IMG/VR virus record: IMGVR_UViG_3300025853_000053
Span: 1-64,000 of that record
DNA from: an uncultured virus (IMG/VR IMGVR_UViG_3300025853_000053)
Lineage: Duplodnaviria > Heunggongvirae > Uroviricota > Caudoviricetes
Strand: one strand, 5' to 3'
DNA: 64,000 bases
Shown here piece by piece: positions 1-8,825 of this stretch (positions are counted from its first letter, which is position 1; each line of letters begins with the position of its first letter). Made by a program: the position numbers and the translations under genes. The notes beneath the pieces are model-generated. The model worked only from the letters and a program-made list of their open reading frames with translations, ran no database searches and had not been told where the DNA came from.

Positions 1-988
1 TCGACTTTAAATCACCCTTCAGTATTTGAATCTCTGGGTTAGCAGAGAAAGTTACAAAAGAGTCCTTAAACGCTCCCTCGTTTCTTTCAGAAATGTACAT
101 CCCTAAAGAGATTGCAACATCCAAGCAGTTAACATTAGAATTTCCACCAGCTGGTGTCACCATAGAACCTGAGGTGTCAACTACTGGAAGAATTCTTTCC
201 TCGCTCCCCTCCGTGTAATCAGGAAGTGCTTTCCATTGCTCAGAGGCAAAGTCTGCATCTCCGTGTTTGAGAGTTTTGGTCACATCATAAGGATAGACTG
301 CAGCAGCATTTACTTTCTCCTCACCAGACCTTAGTTTCTCAAGATACAAATTATATCTCTCTGAATCATTTTTGTGAAATGCCTTGGTGTATCTTGCAGC
401 TGCTACTGAAGGAAGCTTACCATATTCAATAGATTCCCAATCTTTAGCACACATAGCCTGCTCGACAACATTTGTGAGGCCGACCAGTGTCTTTCTATAT
501 TGCTTAGGCGTGAATCCTAAGAAATTTCTTAGCCTGTTTGCTACCGGACCCTTTCTAGGCATCCATTTAGCACAAAGCCCATTTTCGCTTTCGAGACCAC
601 TCTTTATTAGATCTAATGCAGGTGCTTCGAGCTTGGTGCCAATTAAAGTAAGCAAATCGTCCCACCTTCCATATTCTGGGATGAGATGTAGGTTTTTTCC
701 TAGTATCTCTGGGTTGTCGCTTGCTAAATATGTAATAATATCCTTGAAGATCTGTCTTTCTCCTGCTCCGCCTCTGATGTCTCTTACCCAAAAAAGAATT
801 CTCATGGCTGTAAGTGGATCCTCGTGAAACGCAAGTGAGAAGTTTGCAATAAGTCTTTGCTTATCCTGCCCTCTCATAGCACCAATCATGAAGAATAAAT
901 CTACACAAGCATTCAAAGAAGATGAATTGGTTGTCATCCCATTTTCTGTGGTGGTGTTCTTGGTTCTAAGTGCGTCTACAAGTTTCAT
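1..988 (-). CDS. DUF2828/TROVE-like protein with vWA domain (runs off the left edge; not in the ORF track)
   Basis: Hand translation from ATG at 988: MKLVDALRTKNTTTENGMTTNSSSLNACVDLFF...RDIRGGAGER...YGRWDD...CAKWMPR...VYPYD...VVDTSGSM (MIDAS). No stop before the window edge. Confidence 0.85.
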   Translation of the reverse strand, partial: MKLVDALRTKNTTTENGMTTNSSSLNACVDLFFMIGAMRGQDKQRLIANFSLAFHEDPLTAMRILFWVRDIRGGAGERQIFKDIITYLASDNPEILGKNLHLIPEYGRWDDLLTLIGTKLEAPALDLIKSGLESENGLCAKWMPRKGPVANRLRNFLGFTPKQYRKTLVGLTNVVEQAMCAKDWESIEYGKLPSVAAARYTKAFHKNDSERYNLYLEKLRSGEEKVNAAAVYPYDVTKTLKHGDADFASEQWKALPDYTEGSEERILPVVDTSGSMVTPAGGNSNVNCLDVAISLGMYISERNEGAFKDSFVTFSANPEIQILKGDLKS

Positions 989-1101
989 ATTACCGATTTT
1001 GGACTTTATATACCTCTAAATGTTAGTTGTTTCTTATTTTTTGTAATGACAGCGCAAGATTAATTGGATATCCCGAGCTAAAAAAATATTTCCGAAAAAT
1101 T

Positions 1102-2544
1102 CTAAAACCTTTTCAGTACATAAAGCTTTTTACTTGCTCTAGTGTAAGCTGTATACTTGATTCTGTTTCTTTCTATGACATCCCAATTCATCTCAATATC
1201 ATCCTCCATTACAAAGGATGTTTCGTAGGTACTACCCTGGGACTTGTGTGCGGTTATACAATAAGCATAGGAAACATCAGCGAATTCTCTGAGAAAATCA
1301 TAGTAAGCAAGCCATGACTTGTCCTTTCCTTTCTTCTGGATTGCTATATTCTTAAGAATGTTTGCTACTCTTTTAAAATCATATTCACTATCCTCGTGCA
1401 GAATCTCAATTGTGTCTTCATGTCTTGAATTGTTGTCATCCAAAAACCAAACACGAGTTTCATAGTATTTAAGATCCACCTCCAAATCTTCAACCTTAGC
1501 TTTCTGAGTTTTAATTTCAAATGAATCAACAGTGAATTCATCGTTGGTGTTGAAAACCACCATTCCATTCACAATATAGGGGCTATTGATAATCAGTTTT
1601 TCTCCAACCAATATCTTTTCTCCTATTTGCTCCTCCCCGTAGATCACTCTTCTAACTAAGGTGTTCATGGTTGACACCGTTTTATTCCTCCAAGCTATTA
1701 CCTTAGCATATTCGGAGTCTTCCTCGAAGCTTTTGGTTTTGAAATACTTTTCCATGTAAGAGGAAATGTTTTTCCTTACCCCAGGATCTCCAAGATTTAG
1801 AAATTCAATACCTTCCCCCGATTTATTAGTTATGGTCTGTGGTAGAATACCAGAATCTGGCTCGTTAATATTTTCACGGATCTTTACAGAAGAACTAATA
1901 ATCGGGTTGTCAAGCTTTTGTCTCATGATGGTCTTCAGATCCAAAGTCTTAATTTCATATTCCTCTGCAAGCTCTTCTCTAAAAGGTATACAATCTGGTT
2001 TCCCAACAGGTGGGATCTGTGCAGGATCACCCATGCATATTACCTTTATATTTTCCCTGTGCTTAATTATTTTTTCAAAGAGATCATCATTCAACATGGA
2101 GACCTCATCGATTATTAGAAGCTTAATTTTCGATATCTTCGGCTGAAATCCAGGATCCTTGACAAACTCCTGCTTCCCGTCAAGTGTTATCTTCTCCTTT
2201 AATCCAAGTAGCTTGTGAATGGTTTGGAAAGAGACCCGAGTGTCGTGTATATCAGACGATCTACGAATGACCCTGACTGATTTATTAGTTGGACCAGTAA
2301 CGGCAATTCTATACCACCCCTTATCCCGATAAAGCTCCGTTAAAAGGTAGTTCACTAAAAGACTTACGCAAAATGTTTTACCAGTCCCAGCCCAACCTCT
2401 AAGCACATAGATGGATCTGTCAGTTGGGTTCCTAACATAATTTACAAGCTTCCCAAATGCCAGCCTTTGGTCGCCATTTAATATCGAGGTATCTACTGTT
2501 TTTGTTTTAGTGCCCAAACTTTCAAATTTATTATGGGAGGTCAA
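1102..2544 (-). CDS. dda: Dda/RecD-like SF1B DNA helicase
   Basis: Walker A GWAGTGKT, PTNKS, TIHKLL, IIDEVSM, GDPAQIPP, TAHKSQGST, YTAYTRA. Confidence 0.9.
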   Translation of the reverse strand: MTSHNKFESLGTKTKTVDTSILNGDQRLAFGKLVNYVRNPTDRSIYVLRGWAGTGKTFCVSLLVNYLLTELYRDKGWYRIAVTGPTNKSVRVIRRSSDIHDTRVSFQTIHKLLGLKEKITLDGKQEFVKDPGFQPKISKIKLLIIDEVSMLNDDLFEKIIKHRENIKVICMGDPAQIPPVGKPDCIPFREELAEEYEIKTLDLKTIMRQKLDNPIISSSVKIRENINEPDSGILPQTITNKSGEGIEFLNLGDPGVRKNISSYMEKYFKTKSFEEDSEYAKVIAWRNKTVSTMNTLVRRVIYGEEQIGEKILVGEKLIINSPYIVNGMVVFNTNDEFTVDSFEIKTQKAKVEDLEVDLKYYETRVWFLDDNNSRHEDTIEILHEDSEYDFKRVANILKNIAIQKKGKDKSWLAYYDFLREFADVSYAYCITAHKSQGSTYETSFVMEDDIEMNWDVIERNRIKYTAYTRASKKLYVLKRF

Positions 2545-2571
2545 TTAAAAATACCTTACAGAATTTCTCAC

Positions 2572-2874
2572 CTACCATTTTGATTCTCCGTTTTTACAAA
2601 CCATTTCATCTACTACTGTTTCTTTACGACTATCCCTTGGTATTTCTGGACAGAGTACATTTCTCACAAAGTCTTGTGCCTCTTTAAGAGTCTTAAAAGT
2701 AGTTCTCACTTTATAACAGTCACCATATCCGCAAGTCTCATGCTTTATATCTTTCCAATAGGACCACCATAAGAACTTTTTCCATTCTTGGATGTAGTAA
2801 TACTCATTGGAGAGATTTCCCTTCTCGTCAAAGTATTCGTAGTGTTTGATTAAGAAATTGGCTTGTGCTTTCAT
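2572..2874 (-). CDS. hypothetical protein
   Basis: 100-aa ORF tightly packed in a minus-strand operon. Confidence 0.7.
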   Translation of the reverse strand: MKAQANFLIKHYEYFDEKGNLSNEYYYIQEWKKFLWWSYWKDIKHETCGYGDCYKVRTTFKTLKEAQDFVRNVLCPEIPRDSRKETVVDEMVCKNGESKW

Positions 2875-2876
2875 AT

Positions 2877-3371
2877 TTAACTAAAATCAGTTGAACTACA
2901 CACTCTTAGGCCATCAATCTCACGATCATAATATCTAGGATCGTTAAACAGGGAACTCCTTTCGTTGTTTTTATAATATTCAGCATCAACAGTCAAACCA
3001 TTAGGCCCTCCCCACTCAAATGCCATATCTAAGAATGCTTGAGGTTCCTCCTCTGCACCGTACTCATCAACTACCCGACCACTCTTGACAAAATCGATTA
3101 ATTGTTGCTTATTGGAATAATACTTATTGTCGTGGAAGTTCCAGCAGAATTTCCACCCCATACTACGTTTTCCAAGGTGAATATTAGATCCTTCGATAAA
3201 CTCATCCCATGGGTTCATTGGACTCCACTCGTCTTCTGGGTCGTCAATGTACCTAAACCTGTCAGCTATAAGATCTGGTGTCATCTTGAGACCGATAAGC
3301 CTTGTCCGGAGTCTGTCCCTGCGCTCCTCCATTTCTGATTCAGTCGGAATTCTATAATAGTTTGTTCCCAT
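2877..3371 (-). CDS. conserved phage hypothetical protein
   Basis: MGTNYY...IHLGKRSMGWKF pattern; operon packing. Confidence 0.7.
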   Translation of the reverse strand: MGTNYYRIPTESEMEERRDRLRTRLIGLKMTPDLIADRFRYIDDPEDEWSPMNPWDEFIEGSNIHLGKRSMGWKFCWNFHDNKYYSNKQQLIDFVKSGRVVDEYGAEEEPQAFLDMAFEWGGPNGLTVDAEYYKNNERSSLFNDPRYYDREIDGLRVCSSTDFS

Positions 3372-3402
3372 ATTTTACCTTACTGTTCTATTTCGATGCT
3401 TA

Positions 3403-4164
3403 TCAAATCTCGAATATATTTTTATCTGGATCTTTATCTTCGTTTTTTTCTGGGTGTTTCCAAATAGCAGCGTGTTGGCTACTCTTTTCATCATCCGGTC
3501 TGTCTTTAGTAAAATAATAAAGAGCAAGAGAAATTCTTGATTCCTCCGATGGACAAGCTAATGGCTCTGGGTGTCCATGGAAAGCGTCATCTGTTATGTT
3601 GAAAATAACAGCCCTGTTAAAAACTGGAGGAATTGATTTTACACAATTTTTCAAGTCCTTATCCCAAAGCTCGAGGTTGCCGCCCCAAGATTTATCCCAA
3701 TTTTCATTTAGATAGAGGAGTAAATTTATTCTCCTGTGTAATCCAGTATCTGGATGGATGTTATAATCAGCGTGAATGGAAAGTTTTCCTTCACGCATTA
3801 TTTTGTGAACCCCACCACCGATGAAATTAGGATCTGGGATTAAGCCTTTTATGCCAGTTAGATCCTCTAGGAACCTCAGGGTCGTATCAGAGTTAAGAAA
3901 GCTTAGGATTTCATAAGTTGCTGGGGCATATAATTTTATATCCTGGATATTATCCTCACACCAAGGGGTAAAAAACTTATTAACCTGATTTCCCTCAGAA
4001 TACTTTGAGGGATCATAGCCCCAATATTGATATTTTCCCATCTCATTAGCAGATTGCCTTAACTTCACCCCATCAACAACAAAATTGTCGATAACTGTGT
4101 GTGGAAAGGGATAAGCTATTGAATACCCAAAACTAATACTTTGGGTCAATTGGGAATCTATCAT
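3403..4164 (-). CDS. 2OG-Fe(II) oxygenase (prolyl-hydroxylase-like)
   Basis: PFPHTVIDNF, HADYN (HxD), GGNLELW, AFHGHP, RISLALYY. Confidence 0.9.
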   Translation of the reverse strand: MIDSQLTQSISFGYSIAYPFPHTVIDNFVVDGVKLRQSANEMGKYQYWGYDPSKYSEGNQVNKFFTPWCEDNIQDIKLYAPATYEILSFLNSDTTLRFLEDLTGIKGLIPDPNFIGGGVHKIMREGKLSIHADYNIHPDTGLHRRINLLLYLNENWDKSWGGNLELWDKDLKNCVKSIPPVFNRAVIFNITDDAFHGHPEPLACPSEESRISLALYYFTKDRPDDEKSSQHAAIWKHPEKNEDKDPDKNIFEI

Positions 4165-4835
4165 TTATTTTTTGGTTTGTTCTTAATCACATCATCTATG
4201 ATTCCATATTTAACAGCTTCTTTAGCATCCATCCAAAAATCCCTACTTGCGTCTTCAGCAACTTGCTTTGGGTCCTTGTCGCAATAATCACCTAGCAATT
4301 CGAATAGAATCTTATTATATTTCTCCCATTCTTCAAAATCAATCTTCGCATCCTGGATGTTACCACTAAAGCCGCCAGAGGATTGATGGAGCATTACTTT
4401 GGAGAACCTCAAAGAATATCTTTTACCTTTTGTGCCAGCACCAAGAAGAATAGATCCCATTGAAGCAGCCATACCGGTATTAACAGTAATAATATCAGAT
4501 TTGATGTAATCCATAACATCTACCATAGAAAGTCCAGATTTAACAGACCCTCCAGGTGAATCGATGTGCATAGTAATGTCCTTACTGTCTATGGAATCTA
4601 AAAACATTAGTTGTGCTTGGACTATTGTTGACATTTTATCATTAACTGGACCGGCAACCCAAAGAAGCCTATCCATCATTAATCTTGAGAAAATATCCAT
4701 TTGGGTAGCCCTCAGTTCCCTCTCTTCTAAAATGTATGGGGTTAAAGAACCCTCGACAAATCTCGAATAATTGTGTACATCGAGTGAACCAATGTTATGT
4801 TCACTCATCGCATATTTTTCAAATTCTTTTCTCAT
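4161..4835 (-). CDS. clpP: ATP-dependent Clp protease proteolytic subunit
   Basis: DIFSRLMMDR, IDSPGGSV, GMAASMGS (Ser), MLHQ (His), RDFWM. Confidence 0.95.
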   Translation of the reverse strand: MRKEFEKYAMSEHNIGSLDVHNYSRFVEGSLTPYILEERELRATQMDIFSRLMMDRLLWVAGPVNDKMSTIVQAQLMFLDSIDSKDITMHIDSPGGSVKSGLSMVDVMDYIKSDIITVNTGMAASMGSILLGAGTKGKRYSLRFSKVMLHQSSGGFSGNIQDAKIDFEEWEKYNKILFELLGDYCDKDPKQVAEDASRDFWMDAKEAVKYGIIDDVIKNKPKNK

Positions 4836-5410
4836 ATTTCTTTTTTAAGCTTTCCTGTTGTTTGACTGTGAGGGATAAACTCCCAAAGATTTATTGCTAT
4901 TGCTTTACGTGTTCCCGCAGTTACCTGAGACACCCCATGTGGAACTGTACCAGCATCAAATATTACAAGTCTATTTGATTTCGCATAAATCCTTTCCGGT
5001 TCTTTATCAAGACCCTCTGAAAAGATTTCCAACATTCCACCGTCAAATTCTTGCTGTGGTGGATAATACACTGTTCCAATTTGGGCAAATTGGATTTCTC
5101 TAGTCTCTGAGAACAGCTCTTCATCTTTATCAAAGTGAACATCTAGTTTGTCTTGATAATTATTCTCTGGATCTGCTGAAAGAATACCAGTCCAATACTC
5201 AAAACCAGCAACATTGAATACTTTACTAATTGGACAGCTATCGCCCCAGATGTATTTTATCAGTCTTTTTTTTAGTGTATCTGGCGGAGAACTCCACCAT
5301 CCTTCCCAAAAGAAATAATTTTCACCCGCATCTTTGAAGAAATCCTTGTCTGATGCAATTTCTGCCAATAGATCCTCGTCCTTAATATAGTTGTCAATAA
5401 CTACTATCAC
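4832..5410 (-). CDS. 2OG-Fe(II) oxygenase
   Basis: HFDKDE (HxD), GGMLEI, NRLVIFD, PHGV, RKAIAINLW. Confidence 0.8.
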   Translation of the reverse strand: MIVVIDNYIKDEDLLAEIASDKDFFKDAGENYFFWEGWWSSPPDTLKKRLIKYIWGDSCPISKVFNVAGFEYWTGILSADPENNYQDKLDVHFDKDEELFSETREIQFAQIGTVYYPPQQEFDGGMLEIFSEGLDKEPERIYAKSNRLVIFDAGTVPHGVSQVTAGTRKAIAINLWEFIPHSQTTGKLKKEI

Positions 5411-5677
5411 TTAATATTCTAGTTTGAAAGGCTCTTTTATCCCGGTTTCCCTGTTGATAAAATAGCGATCGTTTCCGCTATTAATATTACCCTGTAAGTG
5501 ATAAATTATTTCCCTTGCTGCCTTTAATTCTTCTAAAACATCAAGGATATTTACCTTATGATTTTTGGATATTGTTAAATCCTCAATATCACCAATAGCT
5601 GAATTTACCTTTGCCCCTGCTTCTTGGAGCATATATTTTACGTTTTCCATTTTATACAGTTTTGGATTATACCTCAA
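5411..5677 (-). CDS. hypothetical protein
   Basis: ORF abutting the next gene; start uncertain (probably MENVKY). Confidence 0.6.
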   Translation of the reverse strand: MRYNPKLYKMENVKYMLQEAGAKVNSAIGDIEDLTISKNHKVNILDVLEELKAAREIIYHLQGNINSGNDRYFINRETGIKEPFKLEY

Positions 5678-5707
5678 AACTACCAGGAAGTAACGAAGAA
5701 AAAAAAT

Positions 5708-6031
5708 TTAAATGAGGGAATTGTTAACAGATCTGTGAGCTACCCCGCCCACACCAGCAATTCCGCTATATAAAGAATACACATTCTTTATTGTGCTATC
5801 CCACGGAAATTGGGATTCAGAGAGTCTGAGCATGGGCTTTACAGATACAAGATGATTTTCACCCATTACATCAGAGAACTTACACCTCAGTGTGCATTTG
5901 CCGTGTACTGGACAAACACAATGTATGTAAACAACACCATCCCCAGATGGCTTTTGAAAAAAATCGGAGAAGTGGGTATCAAAACCCTCCTTCTCCTTTA
6001 AATATGATTGTAATTCTTCTAAGAACTTCAT
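5708..6031 (-). CDS. hypothetical protein, possible Zn-binding CPVHGKC
   Basis: 107-aa ORF in operon. Confidence 0.6.
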   Translation of the reverse strand: MKFLEELQSYLKEKEGFDTHFSDFFQKPSGDGVVYIHCVCPVHGKCTLRCKFSDVMGENHLVSVKPMLRLSESQFPWDSTIKNVYSLYSGIAGVGGVAHRSVNNSLI

Positions 6032-6036
6032 TAGGA

Positions 6037-6339
6037 TTAAACCATATATTCATTGACCCATTCTTGGACCTTAGCCTGTGGCATTGCCCCAGTTTTCATA
6101 GAAACCTCTTTTCCGTCTTTGAAAATAGTCATAGTTGGGATGCTCCTGATTCCTCTTTCAGCAGTAATCTCTCTGGATTCATCAACATTTACCTTGACAA
6201 CTTTAAGGTTTGGGTTTGCCTCGTCAATCCTTTCCAAAACTGGACCTAACATTTTACAGGGTCCGCACCAAGGTGCCCAAAAATCAACTAGGATGTTTCC
6301 TCCTGCTTCAAGCTCCTGATTAAATTCTTCTATCGTCAT
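6037..6339 (-). CDS. trxA: thioredoxin
   Basis: VDFWAPWCGPCK, IRSIPT. Confidence 0.95.
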   Translation of the reverse strand: MTIEEFNQELEAGGNILVDFWAPWCGPCKMLGPVLERIDEANPNLKVVKVNVDESREITAERGIRSIPTMTIFKDGKEVSMKTGAMPQAKVQEWVNEYMV

Positions 6340-6384
6340 AATTTATATTTATTACTTATAGTTGTTCTTTGTTGGATTATTCCA

Positions 6385-6705
6385 CTAAATTAAAATGGTC
6401 TGTACCATATCTGGTTGTGTCCGGTATGTAATTTGGGGATTTGGAGACATAATAACAGATATCCCATCTGAGAGGTTATGAAGGCTAGATATGTAATTCA
6501 TTACGTCGTCCCTTTTCTCTGGTGGAAACTTGTATGTTGACATTACATCATCAACTATCTTATCCAATGAATTTTCAAATTCTGCAGGATCGTGGAACTT
6601 AAAATACTTCTCATATTTCTTAACAAAATCCCTAATCATAGCCTGCTCTGGTTGGGTTAAGGATAGGTCAGACATAAAGTCGTCAAACTCTCTAATTAAT
6701 CTCAT
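6385..6705 (-). CDS. hypothetical protein with N-terminal capsid-targeting-like peptide
   Basis: Starts MRLIREFDDFMSD; AATATATA box upstream. Confidence 0.7.
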   Translation of the reverse strand: MRLIREFDDFMSDLSLTQPEQAMIRDFVKKYEKYFKFHDPAEFENSLDKIVDDVMSTYKFPPEKRDDVMNYISSLHNLSDGISVIMSPNPQITYRTQPDMVQTILI

Positions 6706-6730
6706 AGCCGAAACACTTATTGTTTTACCT

Positions 6731-6740
6731 GATATATATT
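6731..6740. promoter_or_regulatory. bidirectional late-promoter-like box (GATATATA on +, AATATATA on -)
   Basis: gatatatatt lies between divergent genes 6705(-) and 6765(+); the same 8-mer recurs at many gene starts. Confidence 0.6.
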
Positions 6741-6764
6741 CAATAACACTAATTGATAATCGAA

Positions 6765-7112
6765 ATGTCTACAGAAGAAAGAGATACACAAATTGAGGAT
6801 CAAGTTGATTTCACACAAGAACAATCACCCGAACAGGAAGAACTTACACCAGAGGTAAATGATTTTGATGAAACTGGCGGAGAGGAAACAGGATCTGAAA
6901 TGCCTGAAATTCCTACAGATTCTACAGAAACTTCGGAGCTACCACAAATAGACCAGGCAGATTCTATTGAACAGACGGAGGAACCACATACACCACCAGT
7001 CCAAGAAACCCCAATTGAAATCAGTCCGGAACAGCCAATTCAGCAATCACAAGAAACCTCATCACCCGGTAGAGTAATGAGGTTTGAGGATTTCGTTAAT
7101 AACAGGGATTAA
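6765..7112 (+). CDS. acidic low-complexity protein with C-terminal capsid-targeting-like peptide
   Basis: ATG at 6765 (MSTEERD); E/Q/P/T-rich; ends RVMRFEDFVNNRD. Confidence 0.7.
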   Translation: MSTEERDTQIEDQVDFTQEQSPEQEELTPEVNDFDETGGEETGSEMPEIPTDSTETSELPQIDQADSIEQTEEPHTPPVQETPIEISPEQPIQQSQETSSPGRVMRFEDFVNNRD

Positions 7113-7288
7113 TCTTTTTCAGACCTACCTAGGTCTCTTCTTATTAAACCCCTCACGTAATGTGATATTGAAACCGGAGGTTCTCCGGAGGTTAAAGCTT
7201 TCTTAGAAATCTTTTTACTAAGTTCTTCCAGGTCTTCTGTTGATAACAGGACCTGGATTTTTTCTGTTTTATCTTCTCCTTTTGCCAT
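7109..7288 (-). CDS. ribbon-helix-helix (CopG/Arc-like) DNA-binding protein, 59 aa (below the ORF-track cutoff)
   Basis: MAKGEDKTEKIQVLLSTEDLEELSKKISKKALTSGEPPVSISHYVRGLIRRDLGRSEKD; AATATATA at 7310-7317 upstream. Confidence 0.65.
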   Translation of the reverse strand: MAKGEDKTEKIQVLLSTEDLEELSKKISKKALTSGEPPVSISHYVRGLIRRDLGRSEKD

Positions 7289-7316
7289 AGTTGGAATTTA
7301 TTTCTACTTTATATAT

Positions 7317-8810
7317 TTAATCCTCTTGATCGGAAATCTCCATAAATTCAATTCCGCCGTAAGGATCTCCTTTAGCTGCCATTGGTGAATAGTCATTTAT
7401 ACTGTCAGAAACTACAAATGCTTTATGAGGGTTAACCATTACACCAAGTTTTTTCATAAGGGGTCTATTTGCTAAGAAAGGGGTACTTTTTGAAATCCTG
7501 TCGCTTGGAGCAACCTTAACTCCAGGAATCTTAACCCCGTTAAAAACAATATCCATTTTTACAATAGGTCTTACCTCTGTATCCCTGCCGATCTCGGTTT
7601 TGGTACGTCCAACAATTTTACCGCCCATTACGCTATCACCAATCTTCCAGGTGAGGTTATCACCATCCTCGGTTATTTCATCAGCATGAATTGACGAAGC
7701 AGACGATCCGTTACCCGTATCGAATTTAGCTACCATCTTACCGACCTGCGGGATCTCAATGGTTTCTAAGTAACCGACTTCGAGTTTAGCTTGGGACCAA
7801 TTATCTTTTTTCAAAATGTAATTAATAACATCATCAACAATAGGTTTTCCTATTGCTTGTGAAATACCGTCTGTTCCAGGAGACGAGTTTACTTCTAAGA
7901 TGTATGGTTTGTTGGTTTTAGAATCTATCATAATATCAACGCCACACCAGTGACACGAAACAGCATTTGCAGCTTCGCAAGCTATTTTTTCAATCTCCTC
8001 TGTTAATTCATATGAAGAAACTTCACCGCCTAAAGTATAATTAGTTCTGAAGTCCTTCTCAACTGCTTCTCTTTTCATTGCCCCAAGTACCTCACAGTTT
8101 TCAGCACCAGGATTTAAGGGATCAAATTTCTTTACGATTACTTGAACCCTAACATCAAAGTTCGAATCTATCTTCTCCTGTAAAAGGATTTCTCCATCAG
8201 GATCAAGCTTCTCGATAGTTTGGTAAACTGATTTAAGAGAAGCATATGAATCAACAATAGAAACCCCAATTCCTTGTGCTCCAGAAAGAAGTTTCATAAC
8301 AACCGGGAATTCACCCCCGACTTCTTCTAATGCCCTATCAAGACCTTCTATTCCATTAACCAGAGAATATCTTGGGATTGGAAGTCCTTCTTCCTCCAGA
8401 ACCTTTGAGGTAAGGTATTTACTTTCACAAATTTCAATGGATTCCAAAGTGTTGACACAAAAGTATCTAGCAGCTTCTAGATCTCTCATTATCTGCTTAG
8501 TGTAAGAGTTTGTAATTACCCCTCTTCTAGGAATTATAGCAGTAGTCTCAGGTTTAATTAAGATCTCTTTAGTCTCGTCACCATCAGAAAATTTAACAAT
8601 GTGTCCGTTGTATATTTTTTCCAACACCACATTGTTGACATTTACCACGTTACACGGTATGCCCATTTTTCCACATTCTTCAAGAAAAGATTTTGCAGTT
8701 TTGCTGGGCTTAGTCTCCCCGCTTAAAATAAGGATGTCAACCGTCCCGTTATCATTAGCTTCGTTAAGAAAAGATTCGAAATTAAGAGCAGGGGTTACCT
8801 TCTTCATCAA
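7317..8810 (-). CDS. rimK: RimK-family ATP-grasp ligase fused to RimK-associated aspartic protease domain
   Basis: FPVVMKLLSGAQGIGV, LLQEKI, DVRV, FRTNYTLGG, CGVDI, LEVNSSPG; C-terminal AKFDTGN; N-terminal LNFESFLNE. Confidence 0.9.
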   Translation of the reverse strand: MMKKVTPALNFESFLNEANDNGTVDILILSGETKPSKTAKSFLEECGKMGIPCNVVNVNNVVLEKIYNGHIVKFSDGDETKEILIKPETTAIIPRRGVITNSYTKQIMRDLEAARYFCVNTLESIEICESKYLTSKVLEEEGLPIPRYSLVNGIEGLDRALEEVGGEFPVVMKLLSGAQGIGVSIVDSYASLKSVYQTIEKLDPDGEILLQEKIDSNFDVRVQVIVKKFDPLNPGAENCEVLGAMKREAVEKDFRTNYTLGGEVSSYELTEEIEKIACEAANAVSCHWCGVDIMIDSKTNKPYILEVNSSPGTDGISQAIGKPIVDDVINYILKKDNWSQAKLEVGYLETIEIPQVGKMVAKFDTGNGSSASSIHADEITEDGDNLTWKIGDSVMGGKIVGRTKTEIGRDTEVRPIVKMDIVFNGVKIPGVKVAPSDRISKSTPFLANRPLMKKLGVMVNPHKAFVVSDSINDYSPMAAKGDPYGGIEFMEISDQED

Positions 8811-8825
8811 GACAAATAATTTATC

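Noticed and set aside
5708..6031. MKFLEELQSYLKE as another capsid-targeting tag
   Set aside because: Aromatic spacing does not match and there is no late box upstream; left out of the count.
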